From Deinococcus sp. (GTDB lineage: Bacteria > Deinococcota > Deinococci > Deinococcales > Deinococcaceae): 64,000 nt of DNA. The stretch lies in NCBI GenBank assembly GCA_965261005.1, contig OZ253375.1:1696001-1760000 (forward strand), given 5' to 3'. Below the pieces are notes generated by a model, which had not been told where the DNA came from, did not search any database, and saw nothing but the letters and a program-made list of their open reading frames with translations. Made by a program: the position numbers and the translations under genes. This document shows positions 38,901 through 50,075 of the stretch, in pieces. Position 1 is the first letter of the stretch; each line of letters opens with the position of its first letter.

Positions 38901-40754
38901 CTACAGCGGCGCCAACTCTCGCACCCCCGGCAGCAGATGGGCCAGCGCCAGCGGCAAGGCGGCGTCCCAGCCCTGCGGGTGGCAGGCGGCGGGGTAGGGC
39001 ACCGGGGGGCCGTCCTCACGCCCGAAGCCGGCGAACAGCTCGGGCAGGCGCTGGTCGGTTGCCCAGCGCGCCGCGTCGAACAGGGCGCGGGTGACCCGCC
39101 TCGCCTCCTCTGTGAAGCCGTACTTCGCCATGCCGAGGGCCGCCAGGGCGGTGTCGTGCGGCCACACGCTGCCGTTGTGGTACGAGACCGGGTTGTAGCG
39201 CGGCTCCCCCGCGCCCAGCGTCCGAAGGCCCCAGCCGCTCCACAGCTCCGGGCCGAGGGCCTGCGCCACCACGCCGGGGGCGTATGCCCCGGGAATAATG
39301 CCGGTCCACAGGGCGTGCGCCGGGTTGGACACCAGCACCTGCATCGGCTGCCCGTCGCCGTTGAGGCCGTGCACGTAGTAGCCGCGCTCGGGCCAGTAAA
39401 AGGCGGCCTGAAAGCGGTCTTGGAGCGCCCGCGCCCGCTCGCGGTACGCGGCGGCCCGCTCCGGCTCGCCCTCGCCGGCGTACAAATTGGCCGCCCCCAG
39501 GTAAGCCGCGTAAGCGTAGCCCTGCACCTCGACGATCGCGATGTGCCCCGAGGCGTCCACGCCCGAGCGCGTGAAGGTGGAGTCACCCGAGTCCTTCCAA
39601 ACCTGGTTGCCGATGCCGTTCGGATTCGGGTCGGGCAGGTAGTCGAGAAAGCCGTCCCCATCGGCGTCGCCGTCGCTCTCCATCCAGGAGAGGGCCGCCT
39701 CCCAATGGGGGCGCAGCTCGCGGGCCACTTCAGGAAAGCGGGCGCCAATCTCACCACACAGCCACACGAACAGCGGCGTGGCGTCCACCGAGGCGTAGTA
39801 GGGGCGGTGCGGGGTCTTGCCGGTGCGGGTCAGCTCGCCCACCCGCTCCTCGTGCAGAATTTTGCCGGGCTGCTCCAGCGTGACCGGGTCGTACTTGGCG
39901 CCTTGCCGGGCGGCCAGGTAGCGCGCCACGCCGATGGAGACTTCCGGCCGTTGCGGCAGCAGCAGGTGCGCCATGATCAAGCCGTCGCGCCCGAAGGGAG
40001 CCACGAACCACGGCAAGCCCGCCGCCGGAAACGGCCCCTGCGGGGTCCAGAACAGCAGCGAGCGCACATCCCACAGAGAACGCGCCAGCACGGCCTGGTC
40101 GGCCGGGTCGGGTAACGCGCGCCGGGGCGTCCACAGCGCGTAGTCGCGCTCTATGGCGGGGATGTCGGCCTCAACGGGCTGCTCATCTCCCTGAAGGGCG
40201 TAGACCTGAACAGAAACATCCAAATCATGCTCGGCGTCCCAAACCAGCGCCTCGCCGTCCCAGCTGGCGGGAGGCTGGGTCTCGATCAGGGTGCGGACCC
40301 GCAGCCCGTCCCCCGCCAGGTAGGCGAATTCGAGGGTGCCCTCCCCCGCCGTGACCGTGACATTGCGGCCCTCCACCTCAGGCCAACCGCGCACCTCGAA
40401 CATGTCGCGGAAGTCGGCGGCCAGCCGCAGGCGCAACTCGCGCGCCCCCTCGCGGTAGCGCTTCAGCTGCACGCGGTCACGCAACGCGGCCCCGGTCAGC
40501 TGAAGGTCGCGCGTCAGGCCGGTCTGCATGGTGTAGCCCAAGTTGGCGTTGCCGGCCACCTCGTGCAGCCACCACGGATAACGCTGGTGCTGCACCAGCG
40601 GCTGCGGTCTCTCCCCGTCCAGCTGCCACTCGTAGCGGGAGAGAAAGCGGGTGTCGCGCTTATAAAAGCCGGTCTCGCCGCCCGAGACGACGTAGTCGGC
40701 GTCGCCGACCCAGTAGAGTTCGTTTTCCTTGAGCACGGTGCGGGAAGCAAGCAT
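38901..40754 (-). CDS. Amylo-alpha-1,6-glucosidase / glycogen-debranching family protein
   Basis: DTRFLS, AAGLPWF..FGRD, PGKILHE, DATPLF, NQVWKDSGD, EVQGY, YNPVSYHNGSVWPHD, RLPELF. Confidence 0.9.
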   Translation of the reverse strand: MLASRTVLKENELYWVGDADYVVSGGETGFYKRDTRFLSRYEWQLDGERPQPLVQHQRYPWWLHEVAGNANLGYTMQTGLTRDLQLTGAALRDRVQLKRYREGARELRLRLAADFRDMFEVRGWPEVEGRNVTVTAGEGTLEFAYLAGDGLRVRTLIETQPPASWDGEALVWDAEHDLDVSVQVYALQGDEQPVEADIPAIERDYALWTPRRALPDPADQAVLARSLWDVRSLLFWTPQGPFPAAGLPWFVAPFGRDGLIMAHLLLPQRPEVSIGVARYLAARQGAKYDPVTLEQPGKILHEERVGELTRTGKTPHRPYYASVDATPLFVWLCGEIGARFPEVARELRPHWEAALSWMESDGDADGDGFLDYLPDPNPNGIGNQVWKDSGDSTFTRSGVDASGHIAIVEVQGYAYAAYLGAANLYAGEGEPERAAAYRERARALQDRFQAAFYWPERGYYVHGLNGDGQPMQVLVSNPAHALWTGIIPGAYAPGVVAQALGPELWSGWGLRTLGAGEPRYNPVSYHNGSVWPHDTALAALGMAKYGFTEEARRVTRALFDAARWATDQRLPELFAGFGREDGPPVPYPAACHPQGWDAALPLALAHLLPGVRELAPL

Positions 40755-40809
40755 GAAAACTCCAGAGAGGTGCCTGAGAGGTGAATGAAAAGGGAGAAAA
40801 AGCTTGTCC

Positions 40810-42363
40810 TCAGCCCTTGACGGCGTCGCCGGTCTGGCTCTCCACGAAGTAGCGCTGGAACACGACAAACAGCACGATGACCGGAATGGCCGACAGCATC
40901 GCCCCGGCCAGAATCAGGCCGTAGTCGCCCGCCCCGCCGTAGACTTGCCGAAAGGAGAGCATGCCGATGGGCAAAGTCAGGTTGGGGTTCCCCTTCAGGA
41001 CCACCAGCGGCCAAAAGAAGTCGTTCCAAGCGCCTTGAAAGGTCACGATGGTCAGCGCGCCCAGGGCCGGCCCCGCCTGCGGCAGCATCACCTTCCAGAA
41101 AGTCTGAAAGGGGGTGGCGCCGTCGATGGCGGACGCTTCCTCCAACTCCTTCGGCAGCCCCTCGAAGAACTGCTTCATCAAAAAGACGCCCGCCGCCCCC
41201 ACGAAGCCGGACACCAGCAGGCCCCAGATGTTGAGCAGGCCGAGCCGCAGCAGCACCAGGTAGTTGCTGATAAAGGTGACCTGGATGGGCACCATCTGCA
41301 CGAACAGCACCAGCAAAAACAGGAAGTTCTTGCCGGGGAAGTCGAGCCGCGCGATGGCGTAGCCGGCCAGGCTGGCGAAGATGATGGTGGTGGCGACCTT
41401 GAGCAGGGCGATCAGAAACGAGTTGAGGGTCCAGCGCAAAAACAGGCTCTGGCCGCTTTGAAAGTCCACCGTCTCGCGAAAGGCCCGCACGTAGTTGTTG
41501 AAGGTGAAGCCCAGGATGCCAGGGGTGATGTTGCCAAAGCTCAGCGAGCGCCCGAAGGTCTGCACGTCAGTCGGGGGCAGCGTCGCGTCCACGAACTCCT
41601 GGCCGCGCGTGACGCTCAGGTCAAACGGCGTGCGCTCGATCAGGGGGCCGCGCAGGTAGTACTGACCGCCCGTGCGCACCAACTCCACCGGTTGACCGGC
41701 GTTGGCACCCAGGGTGTACTGCACCGCCTGCGCCGCCGGGGTGTCGAGGTTGACCTTGACCAAGTGGCCGTCAGCGAGCTTGGCCTGGAAGTCCGCCCCG
41801 CTTTGTAGGTCGGGCAGGCTGGCCGTGACGCGCTCGCCGGTCCGCCGCGTCAGCGGCGGGTAGGTGAGGCGCACCTGATAGGTGGTCACGTCGCCGTCCC
41901 GACTGACCACCGCCGGGCCGCTCAGCTTCAGGTAGTCGCGGGCGTAGGCTTGGGGCCGCGCGAAGCCGAAGCCCGCGCCGGGGCGGCGGGCCGGCACGTC
42001 CACCTCGGGTGGCGTGGTCGGCGCCCCCTTTGGCACGCGCACCCGAAAGCCGAAGGTCACGTCGGCGCCGGGAATCAGGCCGCCCGACCAGCCGTCGCCG
42101 CTCCCCTGCTGACCGAGGCGGTAGGCCCGCCCGATGGTGGCGGGGTTGAGCTGCGGGATCAGCAGCCTCGGCGGGTACTCGTTGGGGTCGGTCTTGAGGC
42201 TGGAGAGTAAGCCGAGCAAGAAGGGACCCAGAAAGACCAGCGACAGCAGCAGCATGAAGAAGTACAGCCAGCCGGCCCGCGCCCAGCGGCGGCGCGCCAG
42301 CCAGCACTCCTGCTCGGGGTTGCGCGCGGCGGCCCGGCTGCGGGCAGAAGATACGGCGCTCAC
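40810..42363 (-). CDS. Carbohydrate ABC transporter permease (MalG-like) with a large extracytoplasmic insertion
   Basis: LAGYAIAR..FPG, EAA loop LEEASAIDGA, WNDFFWPL. Confidence 0.9.
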   Translation of the reverse strand: MSAVSSARSRAAARNPEQECWLARRRWARAGWLYFFMLLLSLVFLGPFLLGLLSSLKTDPNEYPPRLLIPQLNPATIGRAYRLGQQGSGDGWSGGLIPGADVTFGFRVRVPKGAPTTPPEVDVPARRPGAGFGFARPQAYARDYLKLSGPAVVSRDGDVTTYQVRLTYPPLTRRTGERVTASLPDLQSGADFQAKLADGHLVKVNLDTPAAQAVQYTLGANAGQPVELVRTGGQYYLRGPLIERTPFDLSVTRGQEFVDATLPPTDVQTFGRSLSFGNITPGILGFTFNNYVRAFRETVDFQSGQSLFLRWTLNSFLIALLKVATTIIFASLAGYAIARLDFPGKNFLFLLVLFVQMVPIQVTFISNYLVLLRLGLLNIWGLLVSGFVGAAGVFLMKQFFEGLPKELEEASAIDGATPFQTFWKVMLPQAGPALGALTIVTFQGAWNDFFWPLVVLKGNPNLTLPIGMLSFRQVYGGAGDYGLILAGAMLSAIPVIVLFVVFQRYFVESQTGDAVKG

Positions 42364-43457
42364 GAGTAGGCCTCGTCGGACACGAAGAAGCGGCGCTGCA
42401 CCCACACGAACAGCAGGGTGACCAGCAGCAGCACGATGGCGGCGGCGCTGGCGATGCCCGCCGACGACACCCCGCCGCTGAAAGCGTTGCGAAAGACGTA
42501 ATACGCCAGCGTGATAATGGACTGGAGCGGCGCGGCGCTGCCGATGATGGCGACCTGGTCGAACATCTGGAGGGTGCCGATCAGGCCGACCGTCACGACA
42601 TAGAAAGTGACGGGGCGCAGCATCGGCACCGTGACGTACAGCAGTTGCTGGAACTTGCCGGCGCCGTCAATCTCGGCCGCCTCGTACAGGGCGCGCGGGA
42701 CGTTCTGCAAACCCGCCAAAAAGAAGATCATCAGCGACGGCACGGTGGTGAAGACGTTCTGGATGACAATGGTCGCCAGCGGAATCGGCAGCACGCCCAG
42801 CAGCTTGCCGGTGGTCGCGTACCACGAGATGTCCACCGGCTGCGCCTGGTACACCGGCGCGACGCCGAAGCTGGACAGCAGCCAGGTGCCGGCCACGGCC
42901 ACCAGCGCGCTGATCGCCGCCAGGGCCGGGTCGGTCCAAGCGGCCGGCAAACCGCGCGCCCGCTCGAACAGCACCTGCGCGACCTGCACGACCGCCAGAA
43001 TCAGCACAAAGGCGAGGATGACGGCGCGGTACGCCTCAACCTGTGCCAAGAGATAGTTGACGATGCCCCGGCGCTGAAACAGCCACAGAAAGATCAGCCC
43101 GATCACGACGCTGGACGTGACCGACGGCATGTACCACGCCGCGCGGAAAAAGCTGATGCCGCGCAGGCGCTGGTTCAGCGCGTTGGCGACCAGCAAGGCC
43201 AGCACCGTCTGCGTCACGGTGGTGATCACCGCGAACAGCAGCGTGTTGGTCAGGGCGATGCGGAAGTTGGGGTCGCCGAGCATGTCGGCGTAGTTTTTGA
43301 GGCCGTTCAGCTGCGGCGCGTGGAACAAATCGTAGTTGGTAAAGCTCCAGTACACGACCCGCACAAAGGCGTAGGCGAAAAACACCGCGATAGTCAGCAA
43401 AAAGGGCGCCAGAAACAGCAGGGCGGTCAGCGTGCTTTGGCGGCGCAGGGTGTTCAC
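42360..43457 (-). CDS. Carbohydrate ABC transporter permease (MalF-like)
   Basis: GLKNY, NTLLF, LAGLQNVPRALYEAAEIDGA, PMLRP. Confidence 0.92.
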   Translation of the reverse strand: MNTLRRQSTLTALLFLAPFLLTIAVFFAYAFVRVVYWSFTNYDLFHAPQLNGLKNYADMLGDPNFRIALTNTLLFAVITTVTQTVLALLVANALNQRLRGISFFRAAWYMPSVTSSVVIGLIFLWLFQRRGIVNYLLAQVEAYRAVILAFVLILAVVQVAQVLFERARGLPAAWTDPALAAISALVAVAGTWLLSSFGVAPVYQAQPVDISWYATTGKLLGVLPIPLATIVIQNVFTTVPSLMIFFLAGLQNVPRALYEAAEIDGAGKFQQLLYVTVPMLRPVTFYVVTVGLIGTLQMFDQVAIIGSAAPLQSIITLAYYVFRNAFSGGVSSAGIASAAAIVLLLVTLLFVWVQRRFFVSDEAYS

Positions 43458-43522
43458 ATGAACCTCCGAAACAGGAGAGGGGGCGCGGAAACGCCCCCAT
43501 CGAAAGTTCTACCCAAAAAGAT

Positions 43523-44755
<1,233 letters not shown>

Positions 44756-44759
44756 AGGT

Positions 44760-45728
44760 CTATCCTCCAAAAGGCGCGGTCGTCTCGCCGGAAACGAGCC
44801 GCACCGGAACGCGAACACCGCGCGGCGGACCGCCCGCCAGCGCCTCCTGCACCAAGGAGAGGGCCTCCTTGGCAATTTGGGAAATGTCCTGGGCCACCGT
44901 GGTCAGGCGCCCGGCGAAGCCCACGACCTGCGGCAACTCCGGTAACCCGTCAAAGCCGATCATCGACACATCCTGCGGCACCCGCAGCCCACCGTCGTGC
45001 AAGGCCGCGACGGCGCCCACCGCCATCTCGTCGGTGGCGGCGAACACGCCGCTGGCGTGCCAGCCGCCTTCGAGCGAGCGCCGCACCGCGCGGTAGCCGC
45101 CCAGCAACGTGAAGTCGGTGGTCAGCACGCGGGCGCTGGCGCCCGCCGCCCGCGCCGCCAGCACAAAGCCCTCGCCCCGGTCGCGCGCCACCTGGCCCTC
45201 GCCGCCGCCGAGCATCAGCACATCGCGGTGCCCCAAGTCGGTCAGGGTCCGCGCGGCCAGCGCCGCCCCGCCCCGGTCATCCGGGGCGACCCAGGACCAC
45301 GCGGGATGATGGCCCACCACCACGGCCGGCACCCCGCGCGCCCGCAATAGGCCGAGTCTGGGGTCGTTCCCGCGCAGGTGCATCACCAGCACGGCGCTGG
45401 GCAGGTGGACGTGACTTGCCAAGTCCTCGCCGAGGTCGTGCAGCGCCAGCCCCACCGGCCCCACCTCGCGCTCGATGGCGCGCCGCAGCAACACTTGGTA
45501 GGGCGAGAGCAGCGGGTCCCCCGTCAGCACCGACATCCCCAGGCTGCGCCCGCTGCGCCAAGACAGGTGGCGGGCCGCTTGGTCAGGCTGGTAGCCCAGG
45601 TGGGCCATCACCTCCTCCACCCGCACGCGGGTCGCGGGCGCCACGGTTCGGTGCCCATTCAGCACCCGGCTGACCGTGCCCTTGCTGACGCCTGAGGCGC
45701 GCGCGATGTCGGTGATGGTGGGCTTCAA
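44760..45728 (-). CDS. LacI-family transcriptional regulator
   Basis: TITDIARASGVSKGTVSRVLN HTH; VPQDVSMIGFDG; TTG start after AGAGGAG. Confidence 0.93.
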   Translation of the reverse strand: MKPTITDIARASGVSKGTVSRVLNGHRTVAPATRVRVEEVMAHLGYQPDQAARHLSWRSGRSLGMSVLTGDPLLSPYQVLLRRAIEREVGPVGLALHDLGEDLASHVHLPSAVLVMHLRGNDPRLGLLRARGVPAVVVGHHPAWSWVAPDDRGGAALAARTLTDLGHRDVLMLGGGEGQVARDRGEGFVLAARAAGASARVLTTDFTLLGGYRAVRRSLEGGWHASGVFAATDEMAVGAVAALHDGGLRVPQDVSMIGFDGLPELPQVVGFAGRLTTVAQDISQIAKEALSLVQEALAGGPPRGVRVPVRLVSGETTAPFGG

Positions 45729-45748
45729 GGCTGCTCCTCTGTCGTTTC

Positions 45749-45815
45749 TGTAACCGGTTACAAGCACGCCGAGACGAAGGAAATTTGTCCGAGATGCAAG
45801 CTGTAAGCGGTTACG
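45749..45815. promoter_or_regulatory. Two LacI-type operators
   Basis: Perfect palindrome TGTAACCGGTTACA (45749-45762) and TGTAAGCGGTTACG (45802-45815); TTGACA on the minus strand at 45847-45842. Confidence 0.8.
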
Positions 45816-45891
45816 GATATTCAATACCCGGAAAAGCGAGCTGTCAAGCGCGGCGTTCACCATCGCCTGACAGCCCGCCGTTCTTGGTCTC

Positions 45892-47073
45892 TTAAGCCGG
45901 CTGACTGAAGCGCTCCGCCGCCGCCACCATCACGCGCAACCCGTGTTCCAGGGCCACCTCGTCCACCGTGAAGCGCGGGTGGTGGTGCGGCGAGGTGATG
46001 CCGCCCTCCTCGTTGCGCGCCCCCACGAAGAAAAAGGCGCCGGGCACCTCGCTCAGGTAGGCGCTGAAGTCCTCGCCGCCCATGGTCGGCTTGCCCTCGG
46101 TCAGGGCGTCCTCGCCGAGGGTGTCGCGCACGATCTGTTGCAACTCCGCCGTCACCTGCGGGTCGTTGTGCAGGGCGCGGTAGCCCCGCTGGTACTTGAA
46201 GCCGTAGGTCGCGCCGTGCGCCGCCGTCACGCCCGCCACCACCCGCTCCAGCCACTCGGGCGCCCGCTCTCTCAGCTCGGGATCAAAGGTGCGCACCGTG
46301 CCGCCGAGCTGGGCCACCTCGGGAATGACGTTGTCGGCGCTGCCGGCGTGAAACTGGGTGACGCTCACGACCATCGGCTCTAAGGGGTCGCGCTGGCGGG
46401 ACACCACATGTTGCAGGTTGGTCACGACCTGCGCGCCAATCGCCACCGGGTCCACCGTCTCGTTGGGGTGGGCGGCGTGGCCCCCCTTGCCGCGCACGGT
46501 GATCTCGAAGGTGTCGGGCGCCGCCATGCTGGCCCCGGCCCGCACCGCGATCAGGCCGGTCGGAAGGTACGAGGCGAGGTGGGCGCCCACCGCGAGGTCC
46601 ACCCCCTGCGTCACGCCCGCGTCCACCAGTTCCTGGGCGCCGCCGGGAAACAGCTCCTCGGCGTGCTGGAAGACGAAGCGCAGCTCGCCCGTCAGCCCGG
46701 CGCGCTTCTCCGCGAGCAGCTTGGCCGCGCCCAGCAGCATGGCGGTGTGCCCGTCATGTCCGCAGGCGTGCATCACGCCCGGATTCTGGGAGGTGAACTC
46801 GAAGTCGTTTTCCTCCTGAATGGGCAGGGCGTCCATGTCGGCGCGCAGCAGCACCGTGCGGCCCGGCCCGGCCTCCCCCATCAGGACGGCCAGAACGCTG
46901 GTCGGCGTGGGCCGGGACACGCTCAGCCCCTCAAAGCCCCCCAGCACCCCCTCGACGTACCCCGCCGTTTCGCGCTCCTGAAACGAGAGTTCGGGGTGCT
47001 GGTGCAGCCAGCGGCGCCACGCGGTCACTTGGGGGGCGAGGGCCGACACCGAATCGCGCTCTGAAATGGTCAT
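45892..47073 (-). CDS. M20D amidohydrolase
   Basis: LHQHPELSFQE, LRADMDALP, MHACGHDGH, FQHAEE, GEDF, HHPRF. Confidence 0.93.
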   Translation of the reverse strand: MTISERDSVSALAPQVTAWRRWLHQHPELSFQERETAGYVEGVLGGFEGLSVSRPTPTSVLAVLMGEAGPGRTVLLRADMDALPIQEENDFEFTSQNPGVMHACGHDGHTAMLLGAAKLLAEKRAGLTGELRFVFQHAEELFPGGAQELVDAGVTQGVDLAVGAHLASYLPTGLIAVRAGASMAAPDTFEITVRGKGGHAAHPNETVDPVAIGAQVVTNLQHVVSRQRDPLEPMVVSVTQFHAGSADNVIPEVAQLGGTVRTFDPELRERAPEWLERVVAGVTAAHGATYGFKYQRGYRALHNDPQVTAELQQIVRDTLGEDALTEGKPTMGGEDFSAYLSEVPGAFFFVGARNEEGGITSPHHHPRFTVDEVALEHGLRVMVAAAERFSQPA

Positions 47074-47156
47074 GGGTCAGCCTACAACCGGGCCGCCGGG
47101 GTGCCAAGTCCGCCACCCCGGCCCCGCCGATTTTCCAAGATAGATGTGAAGATTTT

Positions 47157-47429
47157 ATGAACGACTTGAGAAAAATGGCGGCGGCGATAATCTTCGGCAC
47201 CCTGCTGTCTACGGCGGGTGCCGTCGGTATGGTCAACATCGTCGTGGACATCAACTCCAGCCAGGGCGTTTGCATTCAGAACGCCGCCGCCATCTACGGT
47301 GATGAGGGCGACTGCACCGGCATGATCCGCTGCATCGCCGGAAATAAGGTCGCCGTGATCGTGGTGGCGGGGCCGGACAGTGACGTGGCGACCAACCACG
47401 TGGACGCCATCGGCGCCAAGTTCAAGTGA
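47157..47429 (+). CDS. Small exported protein with three Cys
   Basis: Signal-peptide-like N-terminus; fills the intergenic gap. Confidence 0.55.
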   Translation: MNDLRKMAAAIIFGTLLSTAGAVGMVNIVVDINSSQGVCIQNAAAIYGDEGDCTGMIRCIAGNKVAVIVVAGPDSDVATNHVDAIGAKFK

Positions 47430-47447
47430 GCGCTTTCGAGTGAACGC

Positions 47448-48713
47448 TCAGGCTGGCACCTCCGGCCCGCCGTCCTGGGCGGCGCGCGCCGCCTGCGCCG
47501 CCAGGCGGTTCATGCTCAGGCCCTGCACCACGATGGAAAAGACCACCACCACGTAGGTCAGCGTCAGCATCAGCGAGCGCTGCGCTCCCTCCGGCACGCT
47601 GAAGGCGAGGGCCACCGCGATGCCGCCGCGCAAACCGCCCCACACCATCACCCGGCTGGTAAAGGGCGAAAAGGCGTAAAAGCGCGTCAGCCACCGCAGC
47701 GGCAAGCGCACGCTGAGCGCGCGGGCAAACAGCACGATGACGATGCACAGCGCGCCCAGCGCCACCGTGCCGGGGGCGAAGTTCACCACGATCACCTCCA
47801 AGCCGATCAAGACGAACAGGGCCACGTTCAGCAGCTCGTCGAGCAAGTCCCAAAAGCCGTCGAAGTGTTCCAGCGTCCGGTCCGAAAAGGCCCGCCGCGT
47901 CAAGCGGCCGGTCACCAAGCCGGCAATGACCATCGCCAGCGGGCCGGAGACGCCCAGGGTGAGCGCGAGCGCGTAGCCCCCCGTGACCAGGGCCAGCGTT
48001 AAGAGCACCTCCACCACGTAGTCGTCAATGGGGCGCAGCAACTGGTAGGCGGCCAGGCCCAGCAGCCAGCCGAACAGGACGCCGCCGAGGGCCTCGCGCA
48101 GCAGCAGCTCCGTGAGCGGTAACAGGCCGACCACCGCGCTGTTCCCCTGCACGACCGCGATGATGGCGGTAAAGGCGACCACCCCGATGCCGTCGTTCAG
48201 CAGCGACTCGCCCGCGATCAGGGTCTCTAACCGCGCGCCCACCTTGGCGCGCTTTAAGAGGTCCAGCACCGCCACCGGGTCGGTCGGCGAGATGATGGCC
48301 CCGAACAGCAGCGCCTCGGAAAAGGTGATGCCGAAGCCCAGCAGGTGCGCGGCCAGGTACAAGAGGCCCCCGACCGCCGCGATGGAGATGGCCGTGGACG
48401 CGAGGGCGAAGGTAAGCACGGCCCCGCGCTGGCGGGCCAGCTCGGCGCCGTTCACCTTGAGGGCGCCCGCGAACAGCAGGAAGCTGAGTAGGCCCTGAAA
48501 CACCACGTCGTTGAACTTGATATCGGCGAGCAGGTCGCGCGCCGCCACGGCGCTCGGGACGTGCAGCGCCACCAAGACGAGCACCAGCGCCGACACCCCC
48601 AGCCCCACCAAGGTCACGCCGATGGTGCCGGGCAGCTTCAGAAAGCGCCGGTTCAGGTAAGCAAGGGCCGCCGTGAGGGTGACCAGCAGCGACAGCAAAT
48701 TGAAGGTGCTCAA
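47448..48713 (-). CDS. CPA1 Na+/H+ antiporter
   Basis: SPTDPVAV, GESLLNDG, WGGLRGG. Confidence 0.93.
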   Translation of the reverse strand: MSTFNLLSLLVTLTAALAYLNRRFLKLPGTIGVTLVGLGVSALVLVLVALHVPSAVAARDLLADIKFNDVVFQGLLSFLLFAGALKVNGAELARQRGAVLTFALASTAISIAAVGGLLYLAAHLLGFGITFSEALLFGAIISPTDPVAVLDLLKRAKVGARLETLIAGESLLNDGIGVVAFTAIIAVVQGNSAVVGLLPLTELLLREALGGVLFGWLLGLAAYQLLRPIDDYVVEVLLTLALVTGGYALALTLGVSGPLAMVIAGLVTGRLTRRAFSDRTLEHFDGFWDLLDELLNVALFVLIGLEVIVVNFAPGTVALGALCIVIVLFARALSVRLPLRWLTRFYAFSPFTSRVMVWGGLRGGIAVALAFSVPEGAQRSLMLTLTYVVVVFSIVVQGLSMNRLAAQAARAAQDGGPEVPA

Positions 48714-48793
48714 CGGACGGGTTCCAGCTCGAACAATTCCGGTAGGCGGCGCGACATGGGTTCAGCTTATGCCGCTCACCCTACAATGCGGGC

Positions 48794-49078
48794 ATGGTCA
48801 CCGCCATCGTCCTCGTGAACGCCGAGCGGGAGCGTATTCCCGACACCGCCGCCGCCCTCGCGGGCGTCAAGCACGTCAAGGAGGTCTACAGCGTCACGGG
48901 CGAGTGGGACATCGTGGCGATTTTGCGTCTGCCCAGCTACGAGGACCTCGACGACGTGGTCACGGGCGAACTGCGCGCCCTGAGCGGCATCACCCGCACC
49001 ACCACCATGCTCGCCTTTCGCAGCTACTCGGGCGAGTTGCTCGATCAGGGCTTTGGGGTGGGGCTGGAGGGGGAGTGA
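48794..49078 (+). CDS. Lrp/AsnC ligand-binding (RAM) domain protein
   Basis: EVYSVTGEWDIVA; no HTH; leaderless TACAAT-N6-ATG. Confidence 0.88.
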   Translation: MVTAIVLVNAERERIPDTAAALAGVKHVKEVYSVTGEWDIVAILRLPSYEDLDDVVTGELRALSGITRTTTMLAFRSYSGELLDQGFGVGLEGE

Positions 49079-49080
49079 AC

Positions 49081-49110
49081 CCCCCTCCCCAACCCCTCGG
49101 AGGGGCTTTT
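49081..49110. repeat. C/G-rich REP-like palindrome, internally shortened copy 2
   Basis: CCCCCTCCCCAACCCCTC-GGAGGGGCTT equals 12141-12180 without its centre. Confidence 0.65.
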
Positions 49111-49487
49111 TACAGCCGTTCCAGCTTCTCGCGCGTGCGCTCGCTGCGGACGTTGCCGGTGTTGAGGGTGCTGGCCGGCTCCAGCATCATGATCCAGGCT
49201 TCCTCGCCCACGGCGCCGGGCTTGTGCTCCACGCCGCGCGGCACGATCAGGAACTCGCCCTCTTCTAAAATCAGCTCGCGCTCGCCGGGATCGCGCAGGC
49301 CCATGCGCATAGCGCCGCGCACAACCAGGAACAGCTCGTCTTCCTGCGCGTGATGATGCCACTCGAACTCGCCCCGGAACTTGGCGAGCTTGACCAGCTG
49401 ATCCCCCAACTCCCCCACCACGCGCGGGTTCCAGGCGTCCTGGAATAGGCCGAACTTCTGAGCGAGGTTCACCTTTTCGAGCGTCAT
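49110..49487 (-). CDS. Cupin domain protein
   Basis: GEFEWHHHAQEDELF, GE...VPRGVEHKP. Confidence 0.9.
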   Translation of the reverse strand: MTLEKVNLAQKFGLFQDAWNPRVVGELGDQLVKLAKFRGEFEWHHHAQEDELFLVVRGAMRMGLRDPGERELILEEGEFLIVPRGVEHKPGAVGEEAWIMMLEPASTLNTGNVRSERTREKLERL

Positions 49488-50032
49488 ACCTTTTCTCCCT
49501 GCGCCGCCTCTTGCATGGCGCTCAGCACGTTCTGCATGTGCTCGTCGAGCGGCACGCCGATCTCCTGGGCGCCCTGCTCGACCTCCTCGCGGTTGACGCC
49601 GGCCGCGAAGCTCTTGGTCCTGAACTTCTTTTTCAAGCTGTTCAGCTCGATTCCGCGCACGTCCTTGTCGGGCCGGATCAGGGCCGCCGCCTGAATCAGG
49701 CCGGTCAGCTCGTCCACGGCAAAGAGGGTCCTCGCCAAGCGGGTGTCGCGCGGCGTTCCCGTGTAGGCCGCGTGGCCCATGATGGCGTCGAGCACCTCCT
49801 CGTTCACGTCGGTGTGGCCGCGCAAGTACATCACGCCCCAGTTGGGGTGTTCCCCCGGGTGCAGCTCGTAGTCGAAGTCGTGCAGCAGGCCGGCCAGCGC
49901 GTAGTCGTGCTCGTCCTCGCCGAAGTGACGGGCGTAAGCGCGCATGGCCGTCTCGACGTTGAGCATGTGGCGCTGGAGGGAGGGGCTGGGGGTGTGCTCG
50001 ACCATCAGGGCGTAGGCCTCGTCGCGGGTCAT
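49484..50032 (-). CDS. HD-domain phosphohydrolase
   Basis: RHML, GLLHDFDY, IMGH, AVDELTG. Confidence 0.9.
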   Translation of the reverse strand: MTRDEAYALMVEHTPSPSLQRHMLNVETAMRAYARHFGEDEHDYALAGLLHDFDYELHPGEHPNWGVMYLRGHTDVNEEVLDAIMGHAAYTGTPRDTRLARTLFAVDELTGLIQAAALIRPDKDVRGIELNSLKKKFRTKSFAAGVNREEVEQGAQEIGVPLDEHMQNVLSAMQEAAQGEKV

Positions 50033-50075
50033 GCTCGAAGCTATCAGCTGCACACGAAGCTGGTGTAGGGCAAGC